Sequence record: PQ015379.1
DNA: 64,000 nt
Direction: 5' to 3' (one strand)
The translations under genes and the position numbers were made by a program. This document shows positions 47,426 through 56,546 of this stretch, piece after piece (the first letter of the stretch is position 1; each line of letters begins with the position of its first letter). Under the pieces are notes generated by a model. It saw only the letters and a program-made list of their open reading frames with translations, was not told the origin of the DNA and searched no databases.

Positions 47426-49018
47426 ATGACCCTTCAAAACGGCAGTAATACGTCGGCGGGTGTGTATGGCGGTGAAGTCGATAACTCGCAATCGGCTTCC
47501 TCGACGTATCCAACCACGGGGGCCATCGTAAGTGAATCGAATCGCGGACGGGTTGGGGTGCCAACACTCGTTACCAGCGTCGGTGAATTCCGGGCCAAAT
47601 TCGGCCTGCGTGATGCTTCGCTTACCTTCGGTCACTTCTGCGCCGAACGCTTCCTGAAAAAAGCACAACGTTTGTGGATGTATCGTGTTGATACTGAAGC
47701 GAATTACGGTAACGCTTCGGTCGTATCGAAAGATGGTTTCGCGGTTGCCAAGGCAGCCACGCAAGGCTATCTGGCCCCGGACACCGAACACAACCAATTG
47801 CCTGACGAAATCGGTTTCATTTACGCGGCTGACCCCGGTACGTGGAACAACCAGCTGCGCGTGCTGATGTACCCTGATCAGTACGACGTGGAAAACGAGA
47901 TTTTCGTCCTGCAAGTTTTCGAAACCAACATGAGCGTTCCGGTCGAAACTTATCGCGGCACTTTGCGCGAAAAAGTCGATGGCCAACGCCGCCAGCTGAG
48001 CATTGCGTACCAGCTGGAAAACATGGAATCCCGCGTGCGTTTCATGGTGAACGAAAATCACCCTGAATACGTTGCGTCCCAAGGGGCCAAGCGCCTGATC
48101 AACGCGATTGTAGAAGTTGATCTGTCGTACGGTGACAACGGGCGCGTAGCTGACGCCGGGGATATCATCCAAGGCTGGGGCGAATTCGAGAACGAAGACG
48201 ATTTCGAAGTACGCCTTCTGATCAACGCCGGTTATTCCGATCCGGGCATTCAGCAGCAGATGATTCAGCTGGCTGAAACGCGCCGCGATTGTTTCGCAAT
48301 TCTCGACATTCCGTCCGATCAGCAGACCGTGACGCGTGCCGTGAATTATCGTCGGAATACTCTCAACGCTGAAACCAGTTTCGCCGCGCTTTATTGCTCG
48401 GATATTCTGGAAGTCACCGACGACAACCAAGAAGTCTACGTGCCTTGCTCGGGCGCCATCGCTGCTGTGTTCGCACAGTCGGACGAAATGCGCGATGTAT
48501 TCTGGGCACCGGCTGGTGTGATTCGTGGTGTGATCGAAGAAATCAACGGCGTGCGTCACAAGTACACGCTGAACGAACGCAACATTCTCGATCAGAACCA
48601 AATCAACATGATCCACAAGCAGGCCGGTTACGGTTACTGCGTGTGGGGCGCGCAGACCCTGCAATCGACCAAATCGGCGTTGCAGGATGTACCGGTTCGC
48701 CGTCTGATCAACCTGATCGAAACCACTGCGAAATACGATGTTCTGGTCGGCCTGTTCGATCCGAACGACGAATTCCTGTGGGCGCAGTTGCGGGGTGTTG
48801 TTGAACGGATTCTCGATCCGATCAAACGCGCACGCGGCCTGTATTTCTCGGCTGTGTACTGCGACAAAAACACCAACCCTCCGGCGCAGATTGCAAACGG
48901 TGACGTTGCACTGGTGTACGTGATCCAACCGACTCGCTATGCGAAGCGGATCAAGTTCACGACTACCGTTGCGGCCACCGGTCAACTGAGCACTGCCGTG
49001 GAACAAATCGCGGCGTAA
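47426..49018 (+). CDS. Tail sheath protein 2 (530 aa)
   Basis: AGVY N-terminus, FWAPAG, RNILDQNQIN, VWGAQTL, VPVRRL, CDKNTNPP. Confidence 0.93.
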   Translation: MTLQNGSNTSAGVYGGEVDNSQSASSTYPTTGAIVSESNRGRVGVPTLVTSVGEFRAKFGLRDASLTFGHFCAERFLKKAQRLWMYRVDTEANYGNASVVSKDGFAVAKAATQGYLAPDTEHNQLPDEIGFIYAADPGTWNNQLRVLMYPDQYDVENEIFVLQVFETNMSVPVETYRGTLREKVDGQRRQLSIAYQLENMESRVRFMVNENHPEYVASQGAKRLINAIVEVDLSYGDNGRVADAGDIIQGWGEFENEDDFEVRLLINAGYSDPGIQQQMIQLAETRRDCFAILDIPSDQQTVTRAVNYRRNTLNAETSFAALYCSDILEVTDDNQEVYVPCSGAIAAVFAQSDEMRDVFWAPAGVIRGVIEEINGVRHKYTLNERNILDQNQINMIHKQAGYGYCVWGAQTLQSTKSALQDVPVRRLINLIETTAKYDVLVGLFDPNDEFLWAQLRGVVERILDPIKRARGLYFSAVYCDKNTNPPAQIANGDVALVYVIQPTRYAKRIKFTTTVAATGQLSTAVEQIAA

Positions 49019-49043
49019 TCCAACAAAGGAAAAAAGGTGATTT

Positions 49044-49553
49044 ATGCCTAAAGTAACGTTGGACGAAGCGTACAGCCTGCTCGACCCGATGCTGAATGAC
49101 AACTTTGAACTTCTGTTCACTGACATTCCGGGCGGCGGTGACGGTCGTCAACTGCGGATTCAATGCTTGGGTGCTGCTTTGCCCGGCGCGTCTCTGCAAA
49201 CTGTGGAAGTCGAACTCTTCGGCCACAAACTGATTTTTGCTGCGCGTAAAACCTTCAGCCACTCGATGACTGTGGCGCTGCACGAAGTTTACGACGCTCG
49301 CACCTATCAGGCCCTGAAAGATTGGGCAGCCGTGGGTCGTGCGACTCAAACTCAAACCGGTGGCTTCCACGATGCGTACATGCGCACTGCGGAACTGACG
49401 GTCTTCGATCAGACTGGTGCGGATGCTGCGAAGTGGAACATTCACCGGATGTTCCCGACCGAAATTTCCGAATACCAGTTCGAGGGTTCCGGTGGCCAAG
49501 CGCTGCGTCAAGACGCAACGTTTGCCTACGGTTACGTCGAACGTACCCTCTAA
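49044..49553 (+). CDS. Tail tube protein (169 aa)
   Basis: Follows the sheath; gp19-like pattern ending in ATFAYGY. Confidence 0.8.
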   Translation: MPKVTLDEAYSLLDPMLNDNFELLFTDIPGGGDGRQLRIQCLGAALPGASLQTVEVELFGHKLIFAARKTFSHSMTVALHEVYDARTYQALKDWAAVGRATQTQTGGFHDAYMRTAELTVFDQTGADAAKWNIHRMFPTEISEYQFEGSGGQALRQDATFAYGYVERTL

Positions 49554-49564
49554 GGAAATGAAAG

Positions 49565-49598
49565 AAGCCCGGTGCAAGTTTTTGCATTGGGCTTTTTT
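49565..49598 (+). terminator. Rho-independent terminator
   Basis: AAGCCCGGTGCAA...TTGCATTGGGCTT plus TTTT. Confidence 0.8.
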
Positions 49599-49616
49599 CG
49601 CTTGTGTGGGGGCCTT

Positions 49617-50120
49617 ATGCCGATCCTAACGCTCGAAGAATTTGCAGAAAAACGCTCGGGCGACCGTAGTCCGATGCTGGATTTTTATTGGTATTGTGTC
49701 GAGCTTCCGTTCGACCTTGACCCGTCTTACGTGGAAACGGTAACGCTGCCGGTTCCATCCATCAACATGAAGCCCGTTTTCATGGGCGCTCGCTTCCGCC
49801 AGTATCCGGGGTTCCGTGAACTGAGCGCGTTTGACATTAGCTTTTACGAAGACGTTTCCATGCGTTCGTTCAAGTATGTCGAGGACTGGCGAAACCGTGT
49901 GATGGACGCCGAGACAGGAACGTATTTCCTGCCCGGTAATTACAAACGTTCCATGAAATTTGCGTTGACCGATGGACGTACCACCGACACGCCGATCATG
50001 ACCGTCAAACTGATTGACGTTTGGCCAACTGTGACCAGCCCGATTGAACTCACGAACAACGGCGGCCAAGCGATCAAGATCCGACAAAACTTTGCGATTG
50101 ACGATGTATCTTACGAATAA
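49617..50120 (+). CDS. Second tube-fold protein (gp19/gp54-like)
   Basis: Colinear similarity to the 49044 product (TLEE..DPML, ISFYED, VWPT). Confidence 0.65.
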   Translation: MPILTLEEFAEKRSGDRSPMLDFYWYCVELPFDLDPSYVETVTLPVPSINMKPVFMGARFRQYPGFRELSAFDISFYEDVSMRSFKYVEDWRNRVMDAETGTYFLPGNYKRSMKFALTDGRTTDTPIMTVKLIDVWPTVTSPIELTNNGGQAIKIRQNFAIDDVSYE

Positions 50121-50132
50121 AGGGGACCACCA

Positions 50133-50915
50133 ATGAAATTCGATAACACCAACCTGCCGTCGCGGCTGATCCCGTACGCCGTAAAAACCATCGAGGTGAA
50201 TCCGTTTCGCCCGTTGCACTTGCCGTATCTGTCGGAAGCGATTCTGACGAAAAACGATGCGCCGCTGATCGAAGCGGTTGGGCAAGTTATCGATTTCGAT
50301 GTGAACCAGCTTACCGATGGTGATTTTTATTGCATCCTGACGTGGCTGCGTTTCAATTCGCGTGACCTGCCGATCTACGCCGAGTGGGAATGTGAAGGTA
50401 TCGTGTTCCGTCGCGCTGGTGATGAATCCGGCAAGATTTACACGATGGAAGATATCGACCAAATGGCCGAGCAATACTTCGCGGCCAAGGGCACCGAAGC
50501 GGAAGCCCTGATGGAAGATCCGAGCAAGATCGAATGGCTCGAAGAAGACTGCGACCACTACAACAAACAGGATGTGAAGTTCGAAGATTTCGAACTGAAA
50601 TTCATGGACGAATCCGAACTGGACGAACGTCTGGATTATCCACGTGTGCGTGATCTGGTGGCCTACAAAGAACTCGGGTCCGACGTGCGCAACCAGAAAG
50701 TGATTGGCCCTGTGCGCTACCTGAAAGAGGGTAAGACGCTGCACGAACGCCTGCACTCCCTCGACAAAATCGAAATGGAATTGTTCGATAAAGCGGCCCG
50801 CGCCCACTTCACCATGGACCACGGGGTTCTGCAACGCGTGTACAAGAAATGCCCACGTTGCGGCACCGAACACCCGTTCAACGTTTCCATTGATGCGCAG
50901 TCGTTCTTCGTCTGA
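50133..50915 (+). CDS. Baseplate hub assembly/tail chaperone (T4 gp26-like), paralog 1
   Basis: QLTDGDF..LTWLRFNS; C-terminal CPRCG. Confidence 0.6.
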   Translation: MKFDNTNLPSRLIPYAVKTIEVNPFRPLHLPYLSEAILTKNDAPLIEAVGQVIDFDVNQLTDGDFYCILTWLRFNSRDLPIYAEWECEGIVFRRAGDESGKIYTMEDIDQMAEQYFAAKGTEAEALMEDPSKIEWLEEDCDHYNKQDVKFEDFELKFMDESELDERLDYPRVRDLVAYKELGSDVRNQKVIGPVRYLKEGKTLHERLHSLDKIEMELFDKAARAHFTMDHGVLQRVYKKCPRCGTEHPFNVSIDAQSFFV

Positions 50916-51886
50916 TGAAAGAAGTTTTGGATGCGTCGTTTATCGAGGTCGGGGACTTGCTGACTGGCAACCCCGGCAAAGATGATTTCTACGACTTCAA
51001 CCGAATTTATCTGCGGCAGTTTACCCTTCGGGAATTGCCGCTGCTGCACACCGGTATGACGGCAAAGACGCGGCCACACCAGCACATCATCCGTGCGGTG
51101 CAAATGTGCTGCAACGTCGATATCGACCAATTGACGGACGGCGATTTCATGTACCTGATGGCCCGTCTGCGCAAAAGTTCGTTCCCTGAATTTCCTGTTC
51201 GCGCCCAGTACACCTGTAACAACATGGTTTACGTCAACGCGAAAAACAATATCGGTTTCGGTGTGACGGCCAAAGATGCAAAACGGCTGGGCTTTACGTT
51301 GCAGCCGTGTGGCCACGCGCAGTCGGAAGTCGTGCCGCATACGCAGGTCATGACCCACACTTTGCCTGACCACAAAAACCGATTGATTCACCCGCGAATC
51401 TCGCTGCCTCGCGTGGGCACGCTAACCGACTATTACGAATACGTGGAAGATTTCCCACGTTTCAAATACGTCGGGGATATCGCACGCTGGGTCAAGCCGG
51501 GCAAAACGTTCAGGGCCAAGCTGAATTACCTCATGGCACAGCCGGACATGACGCTGTTCCAAGAAATCGAAAAAGTGAAGAACGATTGGTTCCATGGAAT
51601 CACTGAAAAAGTTCGTCTTCGCTGCGGGCAGTGCAACCACGTGATGTACCACGAATCCAGCCCGTCGATGCTCAATTTCTTTGCCGATAATTCCGACAAA
51701 GACATTTACAACATGGCCTATAACCTCATGTCGAAATTTGGCGTGAACGTCGATCTTGATATGCCTGTGCAATGGTTCCTCTATACGCACTCGGTGTTGG
51801 CTGCCGACGTTCGCGAACAGGAACAGAAAGCGAAGGCCGCACAGCACGGATCGGGCAACCGAGTTATGGGCACCCGTAGAAGGTAA
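50915..51886 (+). CDS. Baseplate hub assembly/tail chaperone, paralog 2
   Basis: QLTDGDF..MARLRKSS; C-terminal CGQC. Confidence 0.6.
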   Translation: MKEVLDASFIEVGDLLTGNPGKDDFYDFNRIYLRQFTLRELPLLHTGMTAKTRPHQHIIRAVQMCCNVDIDQLTDGDFMYLMARLRKSSFPEFPVRAQYTCNNMVYVNAKNNIGFGVTAKDAKRLGFTLQPCGHAQSEVVPHTQVMTHTLPDHKNRLIHPRISLPRVGTLTDYYEYVEDFPRFKYVGDIARWVKPGKTFRAKLNYLMAQPDMTLFQEIEKVKNDWFHGITEKVRLRCGQCNHVMYHESSPSMLNFFADNSDKDIYNMAYNLMSKFGVNVDLDMPVQWFLYTHSVLAADVREQEQKAKAAQHGSGNRVMGTRRR

Positions 51887-51891
51887 AAAGC

Positions 51892-54423
51892 ATGGCTGCA
51901 CTTGAGGCACTAAACGAAATTGTTGATAAGCACAGTTCTGACCAAGAAAAGAAAGAACCAGTGCAACGTCGCACGGCCCGTGAGTCGGCACCACGCCTCA
52001 TGCAGCATGCGCACGTGCCGCAAAATGACGGCGTAACTTTCACCGGCCAGCGGAAACATTCCTATGCGAAAACTGGCCCGCGCAATAACCAACAGCAGCA
52101 GAAATCCAACCTGCCTGCTGTGCGTACGCAAACCGGTGGCCAACACGACCGGCAGGCCGACGCAATCGAAGGGCAGACGCAGGTAATTCGTTCGCAGGCT
52201 ATGGCCTCGCAGAAACAATCGAATTTGCTGCAACAACAATCCGGTTTGATGCAAGATCAGTTGCAAGCTACGCAGGAAATGTCAGACGTGATGAATCGTC
52301 TGGCGACCTACATGCAGAAGCAAATGAACAAGCTTGAACCAAAAGTTCAACACACGGGTAACACCTACGAAGGTGAATTCACCCGGATCAACGACAAGCA
52401 AATGCAGGCGCAAGAACGCCGCATGACCGTGCTTGATGAAATTCGTGAAAAGCGCCGTGAAATGCAGCGTGCACGTGCCGCAAAACAGGAACGTGATCGC
52501 CTCGGTCGTTTCACCCGAAGCGCACCGCAAAAGATCGGCCCGAAAATGCAGCGCGTTGGTGGCATGGGTGGCCAACTCGGCGGCATGATGGAAGGCATGG
52601 GCGGGCGTGCTGCTGGTATGGCTGCGCGTGCTGCTGGGCCATTGCTTGCACTGGCAGCTGCCTACTACGGCACCAAAGCCCTGACTGCTGCGTCTGACAA
52701 TTACACGTTCGAAAAGAAAGATTCGAACATGGTCACGCGTGGCTGGCAAAACACCAAGGATTGGGTAGGCGATAAATTCCGTAGTGATCCGGGCGAATCG
52801 TTCCTTGATCAAGCGTCTGCGAAATCGGGGGCGAAACAGCAAGGCGAACTGATGGGTGAAACTGCCCGTCACAAAGATTTCGGTTCGATCAGCGCGGCGT
52901 TTGAATCTGGCGGCAAGGGAGTTGGCACCGTATCGACCGGCAAAGGCGATAACGGCGGCGTTTCCTACGGCAAACATCAGCTGTCGTCGAAAGCCGGGAC
53001 TATGACCGCGTTTCTGCGTTCGGAAGATGGCCAAAAATACTACAACGATTTTCGTGGTATGGCCCCCGGCTCGGAAGAGTTCAACAAGAAATACAAAGAG
53101 GTTGCAGAACGCGACGGCGAAGGTTTCGACAAAGCGCAACAGGCCTTCACCACAAAATCGCATTACAACCCGGTCGCCGCGTGGTTTGAAAAGCAATACG
53201 ATATCAAACTGGACGAACGCTCTCGCGCTCTGAAAGAAGCGATTTATTCGGTTGCTGTTCAATACGGTACGGGCACCGCCAAGTCTGTTTTGGGTGACGC
53301 ATTCGGCAACCGCGATATCACCAAAATGGGCGATGCGGAACTGATCGACCGCCTGCAAGAAACACGGGCCGCTACGGTTTCCACGCGTTTCCGTTCCAGC
53401 AGTCAAGACGTTCAAGATGGCGTTTACAAACGCGCAGGCACCGAAAAAGCTGCGCTGTTGAAAATGCTGAACGAAGAGCAAGGCGGCCCCGGTTCGGCTA
53501 AGGCTTCCGGTTCTGGAATCGGCTCACAATATTCACAACAAATGATTGGTGCTTATGGTGGGAAACCATCGGGTGCAAATCAATCGGGAACTGCGTCGAA
53601 TGGTACGGTCGGCGTTATGGCCATGCCTCAAGGTGGCGGCGGTAGTCCATCTGGTGCTGGTGACGAAGCCGGGGGCGGTACAGCGGCTGCTATGTTGTCC
53701 CCTGCTGACGGTGCACTTTATGCACTGGGTCAAAAGCACGTGCGCCCCAATGATACCTCGGTAAACATGTCCGGTTTGAACGACAAATTCAAGCAGGCAT
53801 TTTTCACCATGGTTGGCGACTGGGTGCAGAACCACTCGGGCACCATGGTAAACGTCGCGTCCGCTTTCCGTACGCGTGCTGAACAGGAAAAGCTGTGGAT
53901 CAAATACGGACGTAACACCAAACGCGTTGCACGTCCGGGCACCAGCCGTCACGAATCCGGTTTTGCAATCGACATTGATCGCAATTCTGCGAGCGCTATG
54001 GAAGGCGCAGGCCTGTTCAAGAAATACGGTTTCCATCGTCCACTTTCCAACGAGCCTTGGCACGTTGAAATGGTCGGTGCCGGTAAGGGCGGTGCAGGCG
54101 GCGGTCCACAAGTCGCGGCTGCAAATGCTAGCCCACAACTGATGCAGCAAGCCGCTTCGCAAGAAATGGATAAGGCGGCAGAAACCACGGTAAAACGTGC
54201 CGAGGAAAACACCAAGGGCGCAGAAAAAACGTGGTCGCAGAAACTCAACGAAAAAGGCGGAAAACCTCCTACCGATTCTGAAACTGGCGGCACCTCGAAA
54301 GCAGCTGAGGCCAATGGTGCAAAAGCCAAGGCTGGGCTTGAGGAAGAGGAAGAAGAGGAAGAGGTAGACGAAAAGAAGATGATATTGGTGAAAACGACAC
54401 CAAAATCATCAACAAAGAAGTGA
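51892..54423 (+). CDS. Tape-measure-like/tail lysin with lysozyme-like and M15 peptidase domains (843 aa, 0-frame product)
   Basis: SAAFESGG..GDNGGVSYGKHQLSS (VgrG3 C-terminal-like hydrolase); SAFRTRAEQ..GTSRHESGFAIDI..EPWHVE (M15/VanY-like Zn peptidase). Confidence 0.8.
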   Translation: MAALEALNEIVDKHSSDQEKKEPVQRRTARESAPRLMQHAHVPQNDGVTFTGQRKHSYAKTGPRNNQQQQKSNLPAVRTQTGGQHDRQADAIEGQTQVIRSQAMASQKQSNLLQQQSGLMQDQLQATQEMSDVMNRLATYMQKQMNKLEPKVQHTGNTYEGEFTRINDKQMQAQERRMTVLDEIREKRREMQRARAAKQERDRLGRFTRSAPQKIGPKMQRVGGMGGQLGGMMEGMGGRAAGMAARAAGPLLALAAAYYGTKALTAASDNYTFEKKDSNMVTRGWQNTKDWVGDKFRSDPGESFLDQASAKSGAKQQGELMGETARHKDFGSISAAFESGGKGVGTVSTGKGDNGGVSYGKHQLSSKAGTMTAFLRSEDGQKYYNDFRGMAPGSEEFNKKYKEVAERDGEGFDKAQQAFTTKSHYNPVAAWFEKQYDIKLDERSRALKEAIYSVAVQYGTGTAKSVLGDAFGNRDITKMGDAELIDRLQETRAATVSTRFRSSSQDVQDGVYKRAGTEKAALLKMLNEEQGGPGSAKASGSGIGSQYSQQMIGAYGGKPSGANQSGTASNGTVGVMAMPQGGGGSPSGAGDEAGGGTAAAMLSPADGALYALGQKHVRPNDTSVNMSGLNDKFKQAFFTMVGDWVQNHSGTMVNVASAFRTRAEQEKLWIKYGRNTKRVARPGTSRHESGFAIDIDRNSASAMEGAGLFKKYGFHRPLSNEPWHVEMVGAGKGGAGGGPQVAAANASPQLMQQAASQEMDKAAETTVKRAEENTKGAEKTWSQKLNEKGGKPPTDSETGGTSKAAEANGAKAKAGLEEEEEEEEVDEKKMILVKTTPKSSTKK
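54372..54410 (+). other. Candidate -1 frameshift signal (A_AAG plus 12-bp hairpin)
   Basis: GAC GAA AAG then GATGATATTGGTG-AAAACGA-CACCAAAATCATC. Confidence 0.55.
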
Positions 54424-55451
54424 TGCCTCCGACCGTTGACGTGATGGGTTCCGGCGAAACCACGCGCACCCCGGAAGAACAGGCGCTCTATGAGCAATAC
54501 CTGAAAAAAGCTGGCGGTGATCCACGCGGTGTTCCTGAATCGGTTTCGAATCCGGGTAAAAATCCGTTCGGAAATCCAGAATTGCAACGCACTAATCCGG
54601 GGGCGGGAACGCCTACGTGGTCGCAGCGCAATGCGGGCCGTGGTGGCAACGGTGTGCCGGGTGCTGGTGGCGGTTACACGTCTGGTCAATATGGGCAGCG
54701 TGCACGGCCATGGTCGCAAACGCAAACCGGGCGCGCAATTACTGGCGCAGCAACAAAAATCGGTAACGTGTATGGCTACGGTTCGTTCGGCACGATGGCA
54801 CCCGGTGTGTTTGGTGGCCTGCGAAAAGTTGACGGAAAAGTAAATGATGTTCTGAACAAAGTTCCGGGCCTTCGTGAGCTTTCCCGTTTGCCGGGTATTC
54901 CGCAGATTCCACGGCTGTCTAACGGCCTACCGAGTTTCGGAAATATCGTGACAGGCGTTGCGGACAAAGCCGCTGGTTTGTTCGGCGGGAACGATGCGCC
55001 GGTTACTGTGCCTGCCAATGAACGCCCGCGCATCATGAATGGCCAACGTGTGACTTACGACGGCCCGGCTGTTACATCGACCGATCAAATCGGCACCACT
55101 TCTGTGAATGCTCCGGTGGCTGCAATGTCGCCTGCATCGCCAACCTATTACAACAACGACGCCCCGGTCGTAACGCGCAGCGCTGGCGCCCCAGTCAACA
55201 CGATGGCCGCCACACAAGCGACTGCAATGCCCGTCACTGAAAAAGTCGAACGAAATACTTTCGACGGCGTGCAAAAAGTTGCGATCAGTTCGTCTGACGT
55301 TCCAATGGGCGGCGGTGAAGCTGCACCAGCAGCACCGGGGGCACCGGGCGCAGGATCTGGCGGTGCTAAAAACGACATGCCGTCTATCGATGATGTTCCG
55401 GCGATCATGGATGAATACGGACTTCTGTTTGTAAACTTTGGGATGGTTTAA
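54375..55451 (+). CDS. G/P/T-rich C-terminal extension of the 51892 protein via -1 shift (fusion 1186 aa), or a separate ORF from 54420
   Basis: -1 frame open from 54342 with typical codons (EDDIGENDTKIINKE); no strong RBS before 54420/54423. Confidence 0.65.
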   Translation, partial: EDDIGENDTKIINKEVMPPTVDVMGSGETTRTPEEQALYEQYLKKAGGDPRGVPESVSNPGKNPFGNPELQRTNPGAGTPTWSQRNAGRGGNGVPGAGGGYTSGQYGQRARPWSQTQTGRAITGAATKIGNVYGYGSFGTMAPGVFGGLRKVDGKVNDVLNKVPGLRELSRLPGIPQIPRLSNGLPSFGNIVTGVADKAAGLFGGNDAPVTVPANERPRIMNGQRVTYDGPAVTSTDQIGTTSVNAPVAAMSPASPTYYNNDAPVVTRSAGAPVNTMAATQATAMPVTEKVERNTFDGVQKVAISSSDVPMGGGEAAPAAPGAPGAGSGGAKNDMPSIDDVPAIMDEYGLLFVNFGMV

Positions 55452-55453
55452 TT

Positions 55454-56170
55454 ATGACGATTTATGCAAACGCTTTTACCCCGAAGTTGCCGTCCCCAAC
55501 TCGCTCCAAACCGGACATTTCCAGCATCTACACGATTCAAATGGATGTGCGCCGGGATGGGGCCAGTTACATGACGTTGGATACGCCGTTGCCTGAAAAC
55601 TTCGGCTTTTCCTTGGCATCTTCCTACGACCGTCCGTTCGCCAAACCGCTGTCGCAATCGGCTGGTGAAGGTGTTGGTTTAGGCGGTGTGGCTGGTTCGG
55701 CTGAAGACGTGTTGCGCGCTTCGACTGGCGTTACGTCGATCATGAAATATCTTTCGGGTGCAGTTTGGTCGTCTGGTTCCGCCATGACGATTTCTGTTCC
55801 GTTTGTGATCGTGGCCCACGATAACGCCTACCTCGAAGTAACCGACACAATCAAAAAACTGACGCAATTGGCGGCCCCTTCTGAATCGGCGGCGGGTACG
55901 TTGGTTGCGCCCGGTCCTCACGTCGGGAACGCGGGTGCGTTGCTGGCCGGTGATTTCTCTGGCGGGTTGCAACTGGGCGGCGATGAAATCATTTTGCGAA
56001 TCGGACGATTCCTGAAATTCACGCCGTGCATTATCAACTCGGTGCACACCACGTTCGACTCCCAGTTCGACGCCATGGGCAACCCGATTGCGGCAACAAT
56101 CAACGTTGAATTCGAAGCCTTCTGGACCACCACGAAAGAAGACCTCGATAAATTCTTTACCATGATTTAA
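55454..56170 (+). CDS. Baseplate/tube initiator protein (gp48/gp54-like)
   Basis: CIINSVHTTF..GNPIAATINVEFEA pattern; position after the tape-measure-like gene. Confidence 0.6.
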   Translation: MTIYANAFTPKLPSPTRSKPDISSIYTIQMDVRRDGASYMTLDTPLPENFGFSLASSYDRPFAKPLSQSAGEGVGLGGVAGSAEDVLRASTGVTSIMKYLSGAVWSSGSAMTISVPFVIVAHDNAYLEVTDTIKKLTQLAAPSESAAGTLVAPGPHVGNAGALLAGDFSGGLQLGGDEIILRIGRFLKFTPCIINSVHTTFDSQFDAMGNPIAATINVEFEAFWTTTKEDLDKFFTMI

Positions 56171-56180
56171 TGGGTGAGTT

Positions 56181-56510
56181 ATGCCAGTTTTTGATCAGCG
56201 TGAATTTGTGAGCGTGGATGAATTCGGGATCGATCCACTGTTGGACGATTCGTATGAGGCCATCGAAGGCACCACCAGCTACCGAACGCACACCGTCACC
56301 ACTTCGGAACAATTCAACCCCGGCCTGATCGCCTACAACACGTATCGCAACGTGAAGTGGTGGCGGGCCATCATGGTTTACAACGGTTTCATCGACATTT
56401 GGGAAATCACGGAGAATTCGAAAATCCGCATTCCCGATATCAACGAAATGACTACGCGGTTGCAGCGCGCTAAGACCGGGGCGGCGTCTGCCGTAACGAT
56501 CACGCTGTAA
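56181..56510 (+). CDS. Baseplate wedge protein, gp53/LysM-like
   Basis: IAYNTY..WWRAIMVYNG..IRIP. Confidence 0.7.
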   Translation: MPVFDQREFVSVDEFGIDPLLDDSYEAIEGTTSYRTHTVTTSEQFNPGLIAYNTYRNVKWWRAIMVYNGFIDIWEITENSKIRIPDINEMTTRLQRAKTGAASAVTITL

Positions 56511-56546
56511 ACTGTAAACTCTAGAAAACGAACAAGGAACCCACTC

